A stretch of 64,000 nt of DNA from Candidatus Saccharimonadota bacterium. GTDB taxonomy: Bacteria; Patescibacteriota; Saccharimonadia; UBA4664. The notes beneath the pieces were generated by a model that had not been told where the DNA came from, did no database searches, and saw only the letters and a program-made list of their open reading frames with translations. Positions 41,952 to 51,944 of the stretch are shown here, piece by piece; the first letter of the stretch is position 1, and every line of letters begins with the position of its first letter. The stretch covers positions 64,956 to 128,955 of the forward strand of contig JACAFG010000003.1 of the NCBI GenBank assembly GCA_019352195.1, written 5' to 3'. The position numbers and the translations under genes were made by a program.

Positions 41952-42446
41952 GTGGCATTAACGAAGCGACAATACATTTTTACTGCTTGTGCAGTCGCCA
42001 TACTTGCGTTTGCTGGCTTAGCCTTTAGCGGTCATATACCGTCCTCGCCTTTGCGTACTAGCTATAGCCTCGACAATCCCGCTGCGTCTGGTCCAGATTC
42101 ACGTGCATTCACGGCTAGCGTAACTAGCCCTACACCAAGTCCGTCTGCTAGCATTGACCAAACCGCACCAGCTCCCGCAGGAGGCATTCTAGGTGCTAAA
42201 ACGACTCCGAGTAACCCTAACGCTTCGGGCTTACAAGCTGGAAGCGTAATTGTGCCTAACCCAACCCCAACTCCAGCGCCGACACCAGCACCCACCAGCT
42301 ACACTCGTGAAGAGTTTAAGAACACGAACCCACCTCAGGGGGTTTATTATCTCTGTGGCGACACCTATCAAACGACGACCTGCGACCCTGGCTTGCAGCT
42401 CGTCCCCAGTAACCCTGACCCTAATGACACCACAGTTCAGAAGTAG
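41952..42446 (+). CDS. Exported Pro/Thr-rich hypothetical protein
   Basis: N-terminal signal/TM; PT repeats. Confidence 0.65.
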   Translation: MALTKRQYIFTACAVAILAFAGLAFSGHIPSSPLRTSYSLDNPAASGPDSRAFTASVTSPTPSPSASIDQTAPAPAGGILGAKTTPSNPNASGLQAGSVIVPNPTPTPAPTPAPTSYTREEFKNTNPPQGVYYLCGDTYQTTTCDPGLQLVPSNPDPNDTTVQK

Positions 42447-42643
42447 GCACGTCCAAGCGGGACAATAAAGTAATATAGGCCCACCGGCCTTGCTTTCCAT
42501 CACAGCCCACTCCCGCCAACTAACCTATAGCTTATAGGGTCACAAACAAAAACGCCTACCCCGAAAAAACTAGGTAGCATTTTTCGAAAAGAGCAAAAAA
42601 TTTTCCCGCATTTTTTTTGAAATTCTACGCAGGTCGAACCTGT

Positions 42644-43567
42644 TTAAATAGCGAGGTCGAGCGGTAGGTCGCTAATATCTTTTAGGCGCTTACCCTCAAC
42701 CATGATATTCATTAGCTCAATTGAATCTTCGTTTCCAAGCGACTTGACCGCTTCCATCAACTCATAGAGAGCAAAGTGATAAACGCAATCAATATCGCCA
42801 GTACCCAGAGCTAGGGATGAAAGCCGACTAGGCAGCGGTTCGCCGGTAACGACCATGATATGCGGCAAATTGCCTTTGCGGTTGCGGATTAGATTTAACG
42901 CCTCAGACCGGCTATTCTGCGCTCTATCCGAACGCATTGTCCATTTGGCAGAAATCGAAGCGTGAAGCAGAGCCTCACCGCCGTTGCTCTTTCGTAAATC
43001 TGCCCTCAATGAAACAGAATCATCAACTAATTTTTCGTCGCTATTTATTTCTTCATCGGTTACCAGCTCGCGGGATATAACAATGTCGGGTGTAATTGTG
43101 TAGTCGCGTCCAAGGGCAACTGCTAAATCGGGATTGGTCATAGCCGCCTCTTTGAGGGCGATTAAATGCTTGTACTGCTCAAAACCCGCAATACCCTTAA
43201 CGCTCTTGTTGCCTATTTTTGAGATGGTAAATTCGCCTGGCCGTAGGCTGCCAAGGTGATGGAACGTAGCCTTTACAAAACTCGCGACAATTTCTTCAAA
43301 TTGACTACCACTTGTTTGCCCTGCAAGCTTCTCGTGTGTTTCAGACACAAGAAATTTAGCAATGTGTCCCGCGATTGCGATACTAGCCCCGTTTCCTTTG
43401 TCAGCATTTGAGGCAACCCCGTTCTCATCTATCGACAGGATTGTTTCAAGCAGCCGAGCGTGAAAGTTTTTCCGCTCACGAGCAATTAACACTTGCTCGT
43501 CTATGTTAGTCATTGGGACTTTGGGTATTTTCGGCATATTCTCGTCAGGTACTAAAGCGTCAGACAT
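42644..43567 (-). CDS. Type II restriction endonuclease, NgoMIV family (predicted GCCGGC)
   Basis: PDIV...HASISAKWTMRSDRAQN...RNRKG.LPH...GTGDIDCVYHFAL. Confidence 0.88.
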   Translation of the reverse strand: MSDALVPDENMPKIPKVPMTNIDEQVLIARERKNFHARLLETILSIDENGVASNADKGNGASIAIAGHIAKFLVSETHEKLAGQTSGSQFEEIVASFVKATFHHLGSLRPGEFTISKIGNKSVKGIAGFEQYKHLIALKEAAMTNPDLAVALGRDYTITPDIVISRELVTDEEINSDEKLVDDSVSLRADLRKSNGGEALLHASISAKWTMRSDRAQNSRSEALNLIRNRKGNLPHIMVVTGEPLPSRLSSLALGTGDIDCVYHFALYELMEAVKSLGNEDSIELMNIMVEGKRLKDISDLPLDLAI

Positions 43568-44555
43568 TACTTACTTCCTTTACTGTATTTAGTTTAACTG
43601 CACTAGCATCTTCCGACGCGTAGATAGCATCGGCAATCGCTTCTCCAACCGCTCGCGCAACTGGCGGCGGGAAAGCATTACCAATCTGGCGATAGGCGGC
43701 AGTTTTGCGACCTGCGAACAGCCATTCGTCAGGAAAGCCCTGAACACGAGCAGCCATCCGAACTGTAAGCTTCGGCAGCCCCTCATGGCCGATTCCTGGA
43801 ATGTCATCACTAATTCCCTTGCCGTTAACGCCCAACAACTCCCAAGCTGCTTTAGCTCGTGTAGGGCCGAGGTCAGGGCCGCCATGCTTTTTACTTCCGC
43901 CAACCAATGTAGGCGCAACTTTGTTAGCGAGCAAACGCCATTCGTCGGCTTTCTCCCAACCTTGGCTTGCCATCAAATCATGCAATGCCTCGCCTACCGT
44001 AACTTGCTTCGAATTGCCTATCGGCCATACAAAATACGGGAATATTTCTTTTTTTAGTGCCACCAATATAGCGCGGGGGCGAAGCTGCGGAACCCCAAAA
44101 TCTGAGGCGTTTAAAAGCTTCCACTCGCCCTGGTAGCCCATCTCATCAAGCTTATCGAGAATCTCTTTTCGATAGTCTATGAATCCTTTCGACATAAGCC
44201 CTTTGACGTTTTCGAGTAATACGGCACGAGGGTTTAATTCAGATACGAGGCGTAGGGCTGAGGGGAATAAATCTCTTTCGTCATCTGCGCCGAGCTGTTT
44301 TCCTGCAACAGAAAAGGGAGGGCATGGAACGCCGCCAGCAAACAAATCTACTCCCTCATATCCTTTGCCAGACATCTTTTTAACATCTGCAACAACAACA
44401 TTCCATTCCGGTCTGTTGAGAAGCAATGTTTCGCAGAATTGTGGCTCAATCTCGGCAACTAAAGTATGCTCGAAACCCGCAAGCTCCAAGCCTAGTGCTT
44501 GGCCGCCAGCCCCTGCACAAATCTCGATAGATGTTAATTTCTTCCTCTTTGCCAT
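43560..44555 (-). CDS. DNA (cytosine-5) methyltransferase, partner of the NgoMIV-like REase
   Basis: CAGAGG, PCPPFS, ENV, QLRPR, RQIGNA. Confidence 0.95.
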   Translation of the reverse strand: MAKRKKLTSIEICAGAGGQALGLELAGFEHTLVAEIEPQFCETLLLNRPEWNVVVADVKKMSGKGYEGVDLFAGGVPCPPFSVAGKQLGADDERDLFPSALRLVSELNPRAVLLENVKGLMSKGFIDYRKEILDKLDEMGYQGEWKLLNASDFGVPQLRPRAILVALKKEIFPYFVWPIGNSKQVTVGEALHDLMASQGWEKADEWRLLANKVAPTLVGGSKKHGGPDLGPTRAKAAWELLGVNGKGISDDIPGIGHEGLPKLTVRMAARVQGFPDEWLFAGRKTAAYRQIGNAFPPPVARAVGEAIADAIYASEDASAVKLNTVKEVSNV

Positions 44556-44876
44556 ACTCCCCTTGCCTTTCGTTCGATTATACAGAGCATCTATCAGATA
44601 TGAAATGCCTATGCTTATGTTCGGTATGTGTACGGTATACTATACCACTCGCGCAACAATTGCGAGTCAGTTCAATGACTGATGCCGAGGTTGCCCTCAA
44701 TCTCTATTCTGAGCCATTTAGGGCCTACTAGAGGGCTTCTAAGCGGGTGGGCGATACTTTACCGGTTGACGGCACAACGAGGCTGTGTGACAGCTCTACA
44801 CACATTGCACGTTTCAGGCCGTCACTGATAGCGTCACCAAACTCAAAAGTGGGCCTACGGCCGGTAGGCTGTGATT

Positions 44877-45080
44877 ATGTCGAGCCAAGTAACATTACCT
44901 AAAGAGAACGCCCCCAAGCTCAATCCAGTTATTGAGCTTGCTCGTCAAGCCGACATGGACGAGGCGGCTATTTGGGATGATTTTATTGAACTTCTGAAAT
45001 CTATTGATGCGGAGACTCCGCTGGCAAAACTGAACGAATCCACAATTATTGACAGAGACGGTGAGCGTATCGAGCTGTAG
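44877..45080 (+). CDS. Small acidic hypothetical protein upstream of the recombinase
   Basis: 67-aa ORF co-oriented with the integrase. Confidence 0.5.
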   Translation: MSSQVTLPKENAPKLNPVIELARQADMDEAAIWDDFIELLKSIDAETPLAKLNESTIIDRDGERIEL

Positions 45081-45106
45081 GTTGGTTTAAGTGTTAAAAT
45101 TTTACC

Positions 45107-46696
45107 ATGTTAAGCCAAGAACCAGTAGACCTTACAAAACTTCGTTATGTACTTTATGCCCGTAAATCGACGGATGATAATAACCGCCAGGTTCGGTCTG
45201 TTCCCGACCAAATTAGAGATTGCCAGAAACTGGCAGATAGCATGGGGCTACGGGTTGTTAATATTATCCGAGAGAAAAAATCGGCTAAAAAGCCCAAAGA
45301 ACGAACCGAATTTACGCAGATGCTGCGTGACCTAGAAGCAAAGAAGTACGATGGGATTTTGTGCTGGCATCCAGACCGACTATGCCGCAATATGCTCGAA
45401 GGCGGCGAAATCATCAATATGCTTGATGAGGGGGTAATCAAGGATATTAGGTTTCATAGTCATCAATTTAGCAACGATGCCAATGGCAAGATGCTACTCG
45501 GTATGTTATTCGTCTTCTCGAAACAATATTCCGACGACCTTTCAGCAAAGGTAAGCCGAGGGGTTCAGGGCAACTTTGTTGAGGGTAAATCATCAGGAAC
45601 ACCAAAATGGGGCTACGACCGCGAAGATACCACAGGGCTTTACGAGCCGAACGATTCATTTGATTTGATTACTGAGGCTTGGAAAAGACGTGCGAGCGGC
45701 CAGACGCTTCAGCAAATTTTAGATTTTCTCCTTGAGAGCGGCTATCAACGAGTAACTAAAGATAAGCGCCACCGCATTATCAAGCCAAATATTAACGCGC
45801 TGAGCATACTGTTTCGTGACCCGTTCTATTATGGGAAGTTAATCCAGGCAAATCAGGAAGTTGACCTGCGTGAAATATATAACTTTGAAGCGATGATAGA
45901 TGAGGCGACTTTTAACGCTGTGCAGGTGATTGGTTATGGCAGGACGCAAGATGTCCACCCCAAGAAACGAGCGACTTTCTATCCGCTACATCGCTTTGTT
46001 TATTGTGCCATCTGCAATGACCCTAAGCCTATGTCTGTTGGGAAGAATAGAAATGGCAGCGGTCAGCACGTTCTGTCGTATCGTTGCGATAACCCTACCT
46101 GCACTCGCAAGCCCAAATCTATGAGGGCGAAAAATATCTTCAGCTCAATATATGTGATGTTAGAACGGTTTGAGCTGTCAGACGATGCCTACGACCGCTA
46201 CAGCCGCAGTATAGATAGTATGACCGACTCAAAGCTCGTGCGGCTCAAGCAGGACATACTGAGCCGTAGAGGAGCCTTAACGCACATCAAGAGCGAGCTT
46301 AGTGAACGAGCTTTGAAAATCGGACTAATTGATACCGACTCACCCACCTATAAAATTAACGAGAAACGTGTGAACGAGCTTGCCTTGCAACAGGGGGAGC
46401 TTGAAGATGCGATTAGCAGGATTCAAGAAAAGATTGTCGACCCCCAACGAATCAAGCTAGGCAAAGTTGAGTTTTTGAACTTGGTAAAAAACGCCTCTGC
46501 CAAGCTTAAAGCTGGGTCTGCCGTCGAGAAAGACGCACTATGCCGAATTTTGTTCTTGAACGTACGAGTTGATAGCGAAAAAGTGGTCGATTATATCTGG
46601 AGGGAGCCTTTTGCTAGTCTCGTAAAAGTAGTTGAATTATCAATTGGTGCGGATGATAGGAATCGAACCTACACGTCTTGCGACACCAGTACCTAA
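45107..46696 (+). CDS. Large serine recombinase/integrase, 3' end reading into the tRNA antisense
   Basis: YARKS, DRLCRN, recombinase domain, CAIC..YRCDNPTC Zn ribbon, coiled coil. Confidence 0.95.
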   Translation: MLSQEPVDLTKLRYVLYARKSTDDNNRQVRSVPDQIRDCQKLADSMGLRVVNIIREKKSAKKPKERTEFTQMLRDLEAKKYDGILCWHPDRLCRNMLEGGEIINMLDEGVIKDIRFHSHQFSNDANGKMLLGMLFVFSKQYSDDLSAKVSRGVQGNFVEGKSSGTPKWGYDREDTTGLYEPNDSFDLITEAWKRRASGQTLQQILDFLLESGYQRVTKDKRHRIIKPNINALSILFRDPFYYGKLIQANQEVDLREIYNFEAMIDEATFNAVQVIGYGRTQDVHPKKRATFYPLHRFVYCAICNDPKPMSVGKNRNGSGQHVLSYRCDNPTCTRKPKSMRAKNIFSSIYVMLERFELSDDAYDRYSRSIDSMTDSKLVRLKQDILSRRGALTHIKSELSERALKIGLIDTDSPTYKINEKRVNELALQQGELEDAISRIQEKIVDPQRIKLGKVEFLNLVKNASAKLKAGSAVEKDALCRILFLNVRVDSEKVVDYIWREPFASLVKVVELSIGADDRNRTYTSCDTST

Positions 46697-46728
46697 AACT
46701 GGCGTGTCTACCATTTCACCACATCCGC
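46645..46728 (-). tRNA. tRNA-Leu(TAG) with encoded CCA
   Basis: GCGGATG...CCAGT TTTAGGT ACTGG, long variable arm, TTCGATT, CATCCGC-A-CCA. Confidence 0.96.
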
Positions 46729-46797
46729 AGGCGTTGTGACTTAGCTATTATACCGATGCTGGGGCAAAACATAAGCCTAAGTTTGAGTCTCGGTATG

Positions 46798-47343
46798 CTA
46801 GGCGGCGGGGCGACAGTAAAAACTTAGCGCAGTGTCACCGTAGACTTTGGCTTTCACGAGCTCGGCGGCGGCCAAATGGGGGCTGGTTTGTTTTGAGGTA
46901 TGCGATACTACCAAGACACCGTCGGCGACCAAAAAACCAATGAGCCGCTCCAGCAGGTCGGGCTCCAGGCTGGCATATGGTGGGTCGGCGATGATGAGAT
47001 CGTAACGCGGCGTCGGTTCGTTGCCGGGACGCGCCAGCCATGAGGCTAGAGTTACAATGCGCAGGCTATAACCCCAATCGTAGCCGAGCGTTACGGCATT
47101 TTGTTCGATAACCCGTCCCACGCGCGCGTTCGCCTCAATGGCCTCGACTTGGGACGCCCCGCGTGAGAGCGCCTCAAACCCCGCCGCGCCACTGCCGGCG
47201 TAGACATCGAGTACACTTCTTGCCTCTACTGAGCCATACACATCGAAAATGGCGGCTCGTACTTTGTCGCTTAATGGCCGCGTTCCTGAGGTTGGTGGCT
47301 GCAAAAAGCTGTGCCCACGCTGGGCACCAGCAAGGATTTTCAT
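46798..47343 (-). CDS. rsmD: 16S rRNA m2G966 methyltransferase
   Basis: TRPLSDKVR, YAGSG, EALSRGA, DPPY. Confidence 0.9.
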   Translation of the reverse strand: MKILAGAQRGHSFLQPPTSGTRPLSDKVRAAIFDVYGSVEARSVLDVYAGSGAAGFEALSRGASQVEAIEANARVGRVIEQNAVTLGYDWGYSLRIVTLASWLARPGNEPTPRYDLIIADPPYASLEPDLLERLIGFLVADGVLVVSHTSKQTSPHLAAAELVKAKVYGDTALSFYCRPAA

Positions 47344-48155
47344 GACTTTTCGGCGGCGGCCGACGCGTCGAGCGCCAGTTCTTCACCCGCTTCTAACACG
47401 GCCAAGAGCCAAATCATACCTATAGTACGCGCGGTGAGCGGAGCGATCTGATTTTTGAGGGCGTTAAGGATTTCGGGGCTCCACCCCTGGACATAAAAGC
47501 GTTCGTACAAATCCAGCGCGGCAATGTTGCGGGCTTCAGCTTTAAAATATTCCAGCGCACCGAGCTGACGGGCTTTGGCGAGTTCATCGTCGGAGTAGGT
47601 GGCGCGAATAGGGTAACTCATAAGCGCCAAGGCAATGCCGCTTTCAAAGTAGAAATGCGTCGACATATGGCCTTTTACACCCCAAACGGCCCAGTATTTT
47701 TTGAGCGTAGCGGTAAATCGACTGGTGTCGGCGGCAATGTCATCGAGGGCGTCGCTGGCGGCCTCCGCCACTTTGGCCTCCAAGGGCCAGTGATGGGCCG
47801 GAGTGAGGCCATCGCAGATGTAGTGGGCTAACCACGAGGCCTCAAAGGCGCCACGAATACGGTCACCGGCTTGAATTGAACGCACCAAACCCGCGTAGTG
47901 GTTGGTAATGTGGAGCGGTACCTCGCCCTTATCATTAATCGGATCATAGAGGTGGCTGGGCTCGTTAACCCCGGGTGACTTAACTTTGAGCCCGTCGGGG
48001 CCATTGTAGCCTTCGAAATACACGATGTCTTTGAGCGTCGGAAAACCATGGGTCGGCAAATATCGCGCGATCATGTGAAAAGCGGCGGTGTCAAAACGCT
48101 GGTGGATGCCGACGCGGTTGATAACACGATGAGGAGTAACAAAACCTGAGTTCAT
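47340..48155 (-). CDS. Zn-dependent phospholipase C/nuclease-fold protein
   Basis: GPDG, WLAHYICDGLTPAHH, HFYFE. Confidence 0.65.
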   Translation of the reverse strand: MNSGFVTPHRVINRVGIHQRFDTAAFHMIARYLPTHGFPTLKDIVYFEGYNGPDGLKVKSPGVNEPSHLYDPINDKGEVPLHITNHYAGLVRSIQAGDRIRGAFEASWLAHYICDGLTPAHHWPLEAKVAEAASDALDDIAADTSRFTATLKKYWAVWGVKGHMSTHFYFESGIALALMSYPIRATYSDDELAKARQLGALEYFKAEARNIAALDLYERFYVQGWSPEILNALKNQIAPLTARTIGMIWLLAVLEAGEELALDASAAAEKS

Positions 48156-48223
48156 ATCTGAGTACTAGCTTACCATGGACGCGCGTCGCGAACTTATATT
48201 TAGCTATTGAATTTTTCAGTTGC

Positions 48224-50278
48224 TTAGTCGAGCGATGTGACGGCTTTGAGGCCGTTAACACGGGCGGCAATGGCTGGATATTTCGTTAAACTGGCAGGGT
48301 CTGCCAAAAATGCTGCCGCCGAATTACGCACTGCCGCCAGCAGCTTGGCATCGCCGATGTCGGCCAGCTGTAAGTCGAGCGTCCCGTGCTGGCGCAGACC
48401 ATAAATTTGTCCCGGTCCGCGCAGTTCGAGATCGATTTGGGCCAAGCGAAAACCATCGTTGGTTTTTTCCAGGGCCTTAATACGTTCAAGGGTGCCGGGC
48501 GATTTGCTTTCGGCGACCAAGAAACAATAGCTGGCGTACTGACCTCGCCCAACGCGGCCACGGAGCTGGTGGAGGGCGGCCAAACCAAAGCGTTCGGCGC
48601 CTTCAATGAGCATCACGGCAGCGTTCGGGACATCGATGCCAACTTCGATAACGGTGGTGGCAACCAGAATATCCAGCTCGCCCGACGCAAACGCACCCAT
48701 AACCTCAGCTTTGTCATCGGCCGACATTTTTCCGTGGACCAGCCCAATTTTGCGGCCTTTAAACGGCCCCTTGCTTAAGCGTTCGTATTCGGCGACGGCC
48801 GAACGCGCCATTATTTGTTCGTTGGGCTCAATGAGCGAATAGACAATAAATGCCTGGCGGCCCTCGTCGAGCTGGGCGTTGACGAGCTTGTAGACCTCCG
48901 GGCGATTTTTGGGCTCGTAGGCCTTGGTCGTAATGGGCTGCCGACCCGGCGGAACATGTTCGATAATCGACAAATCAAGATCCCCGTACACGGTGAGTTG
49001 CAAACTGCGCGGAATCGGCGTGGCCGTCATGCTCAAAAGATGCGGCAAGCGCCCGCTTTTTTGCTTCAGGGCCTGACGCTGGGCGACGCCAAAGCGGTGT
49101 TGTTCGTCAATTACCACCAGGCCAAGGTTGGGAAAATCAACTTTACCGGACAATAAGGCCTGCGTTCCTATAACCAGTACCGGAGTTCCTTCGCCGATAC
49201 GCGCGGTAGCAATTTTTTTGTCGGCAGCCGACTGTTTGCCGAGTAGCGCCACAGCTTCGTATCCCAGGCGCGCCAAGAGCGGCGTCATGCTGGCTAGATG
49301 CTGCCGTGCCAAAATTTCGGTCGGCACCATGAGCGCCGTTTGATAACCGGCCGCAATCGCCATCACAATCGCCATGGTAGCTACCACGGTTTTACCTGAG
49401 CCAACGTCGCCTTCGAGCAGACGGTTCATCGGCTGCTCGTGTGCTAGATCCTGAAAAATCTCCCAGGCGGCGCGCTTTTGATCGGGGGTAGCCTCAAACG
49501 ATAGTTCGTCGAGCAAGGCTTTCACCGCCTCAACTTTGAACTCAATGAGCGGCGCTGCCTCGGTCTTGATCTCGTGTTTGATCACGAGGCTTGCCAGTAT
49601 GAGATACCACAGTTCTTCGAAGGCCAGCCGGTTGCGGGCTTTGGCGAGCATCATCGGGCTGGTTGGGAAATGAATTTCTGCTATGGCTTGGGCATAGGGA
49701 ATGAGGCCGGCGGAGGCCACGACTTCGGGAGGCAATGGGTCGTCCAGCGTCGCTGCCAGGGGCAGCAAGGGCTCGATGAGTGCACGTAGTTGGCGGCTCG
49801 ACAAGCCTTCGGTTTGCGGGTAAACCGGCACAATTCGGCCCGTATTACGGCCGGTAAGACCATCGTCGACCACGTCGATAGACGGCGATTGGAGAGCGAG
49901 GTCGTTGACTTTGAACTTTAGTTCACCACTCACTAATACGGGTGTGCCCGTCGGAATGGTTTTGGCCAAAAACGCCTGGTTAAACCAAACAGCTTTTACT
50001 GTGCCGGTGCCGTCGGTAATAATCGCCTCAGTTATATGGAGTTTGCGCGCGCGGGCATAGCGTCCCGCTACGCGCTCAATGGTGCCGCGAAACGTAACGT
50101 TCCCGGGACGCATATTGCGGATAGTGATGATCTGAGAATAATCGTCATAGCGGCGCGGAAAGTGCCGGATAAGATCGCCAGCCGTGCGCAAGCCGAGCCG
50201 CTCCAGCTTTTCGGCCATGACCTTACCAACTCCTTTGAGCGACCCAATGGGCCGCTGCTGCCAGTCGTATTCGCTCAC
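48224..50278 (-). CDS. recG: ATP-dependent DNA helicase RecG
   Basis: GDVGSGKT, DEQHRFG, TATPIPR, LHQLRGRVGRG. Confidence 0.97.
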   Translation of the reverse strand: MSEYDWQQRPIGSLKGVGKVMAEKLERLGLRTAGDLIRHFPRRYDDYSQIITIRNMRPGNVTFRGTIERVAGRYARARKLHITEAIITDGTGTVKAVWFNQAFLAKTIPTGTPVLVSGELKFKVNDLALQSPSIDVVDDGLTGRNTGRIVPVYPQTEGLSSRQLRALIEPLLPLAATLDDPLPPEVVASAGLIPYAQAIAEIHFPTSPMMLAKARNRLAFEELWYLILASLVIKHEIKTEAAPLIEFKVEAVKALLDELSFEATPDQKRAAWEIFQDLAHEQPMNRLLEGDVGSGKTVVATMAIVMAIAAGYQTALMVPTEILARQHLASMTPLLARLGYEAVALLGKQSAADKKIATARIGEGTPVLVIGTQALLSGKVDFPNLGLVVIDEQHRFGVAQRQALKQKSGRLPHLLSMTATPIPRSLQLTVYGDLDLSIIEHVPPGRQPITTKAYEPKNRPEVYKLVNAQLDEGRQAFIVYSLIEPNEQIMARSAVAEYERLSKGPFKGRKIGLVHGKMSADDKAEVMGAFASGELDILVATTVIEVGIDVPNAAVMLIEGAERFGLAALHQLRGRVGRGQYASYCFLVAESKSPGTLERIKALEKTNDGFRLAQIDLELRGPGQIYGLRQHGTLDLQLADIGDAKLLAAVRNSAAAFLADPASLTKYPAIAARVNGLKAVTSLD

Positions 50279-50286
50279 CGGTCCCC

Positions 50287-51462
50287 CTAGGTTACGTGCA
50301 ATTTGAGGTAGCGGCGCTTCCCTACCTGTAAAATCTGGCCGTCTGTTATGACCGCTTCATTACTAAACTCAACGACGTGATCATCGAGTTTGACGCCGCC
50401 TTGATCGATCAACCGACGCGCGTCGGATTTGCTGGAGGCCATACCTGTGGTAACCAGGATGTCTAAGAAATCGGCGGTTGGGTCAACAGTAATGGTCTCG
50501 ATTGTCTCCGGCCGGCCGCCATCACGAAACTGGTTGTTCCAATCAGCTTCGGCTTTTTCGCTGCTAGCGGGACCATGGTAGATACGCACAATTTCGCGGG
50601 CCAGCGAGGCTTTGGCGTCGCGTGGATTCGCGCCGGCCGCCAAGGTTTTGACCAGCTCATCAATAACGACAAGCTCTATTTCAGTGCAAAGTTTATAGTA
50701 AGGCGCAATGAGGTTATCAGGGATGCTCATAACTTTGCCGTACATATCGAGCGGCTCGTCGGTGATGGCAATGTAGTTATCGAGGCTTTTCGACATTTTC
50801 TTGACGCCGTCGGTACCAACGAGAAGTTCGGTGCAAAAAACGATTTGCGGGCGCTGGCCGAGTTTCTTCTGCAAGTTGCGGCCCGTTACCAGGTTGAACA
50901 GCTGATCGGTCCCGCCAAACTCAACGTCAGCCTCGAGTACGACCGAATCGTAAGCCTGCATTAACGGATACAAGAATTCGTGCAGTGACAGTTCCTGCCC
51001 GGTCGCCAAACGGTTTTTGAAGTCTTCGCGCTCAATAATCTGAGCCACGCTGAGGTTTGAGGCCAGACTCAAGAGGTCGGCAAAACTTAGTTTTGACAGC
51101 CACTCCGAGTTGCGACGGATCTCAACGTTTTTAACATCAAGGATTTGACCCACTTGATCGAGGTAGGTTTTAGCATTGGCGGCAATTTCATCGTCAGTGA
51201 GCATGGGGCGGGTTTTGCTGCGGCCCGACGGATCGCCAATTTTGGTCGTGTAGTCGCCAATCAGAAAAATGACGGTGTGGCCGCGGCGTTGTAGTTCACG
51301 TAGTTGACGCAGCAAGACTGCGTGACCGATGTGAATATCGGGGCGGGTTGGATCGACACCAAACTTGATGCGCAGCTTGCGGCCGCTCTTAAAGGCATCT
51401 TCGAGCTCGGTTCGGCCGATAATTTGATCGACCCCGCGGGATAGTAGTTCGTCATCACTCAT
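50287..51462 (-). CDS. tyrS: Tyrosine--tRNA ligase
   Basis: HIGH, YPLMQAYD, KMSKS, C-terminal S4 domain. Confidence 0.97.
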   Translation of the reverse strand: MSDDELLSRGVDQIIGRTELEDAFKSGRKLRIKFGVDPTRPDIHIGHAVLLRQLRELQRRGHTVIFLIGDYTTKIGDPSGRSKTRPMLTDDEIAANAKTYLDQVGQILDVKNVEIRRNSEWLSKLSFADLLSLASNLSVAQIIEREDFKNRLATGQELSLHEFLYPLMQAYDSVVLEADVEFGGTDQLFNLVTGRNLQKKLGQRPQIVFCTELLVGTDGVKKMSKSLDNYIAITDEPLDMYGKVMSIPDNLIAPYYKLCTEIELVVIDELVKTLAAGANPRDAKASLAREIVRIYHGPASSEKAEADWNNQFRDGGRPETIETITVDPTADFLDILVTTGMASSKSDARRLIDQGGVKLDDHVVEFSNEAVITDGQILQVGKRRYLKLHVT

Positions 51463-51505
51463 ATTGGCTTAGTGTAGCAGATCGGGCTGGGTTTACTCCA
51501 GGCAG

Positions 51506-51937
51506 TTAGAGCGGCTTTTTCTCGTACCACACCAGATCTTCGCCCTTGGTAAAGCCATGAGCTTGAAGCAACTGCTGAATGCGCTCGTTCGTTGGCTGCG
51601 TGAGCCCATAGGCCCAATCGAGACCCAGCAGATGAGCGCGACTGAGGGTTTCTTCAAGCAAAGCTTTGGCAATACCTTGCCCGCGCCATTTTGGGTCAAC
51701 GACGATATCGGACAAATACAGCATGCGCGTGGGCGCGTGGACCCAGGTTAACTGGACTCCCACCACTTGGCCGTCGGCGTCTGCCACCAGGAGGATATCC
51801 TGCCCTGCGTCTACCCAACTTTGCAGCCTCGACTCGCCCCACCACAGCGATTGATCACTGACGGCTAATTCGCCGACGTTTTGACCAAGCGCTACTACAG
51901 CGGCAACGTCTGTGCTGGTCATACCACGAATAGTCAT
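51506..51937 (-). CDS. GNAT acetyltransferase
   Basis: VDPKWRGQGIA. Confidence 0.85.
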   Translation of the reverse strand: MTIRGMTSTDVAAVVALGQNVGELAVSDQSLWWGESRLQSWVDAGQDILLVADADGQVVGVQLTWVHAPTRMLYLSDIVVDPKWRGQGIAKALLEETLSRAHLLGLDWAYGLTQPTNERIQQLLQAHGFTKGEDLVWYEKKPL

Positions 51938-51944
51938 GGGGTTA

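Larger units (their letters stand above)
32099..46650. mobile_element. Composite genomic island at the 3' end of tRNA-Leu(TAG)
   Basis: Visibly more AT-rich; serine recombinase abuts the tRNA; tggtgc core at 32099, 33698 and 46645; TA, RM and Rep cargo. Confidence 0.85.
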
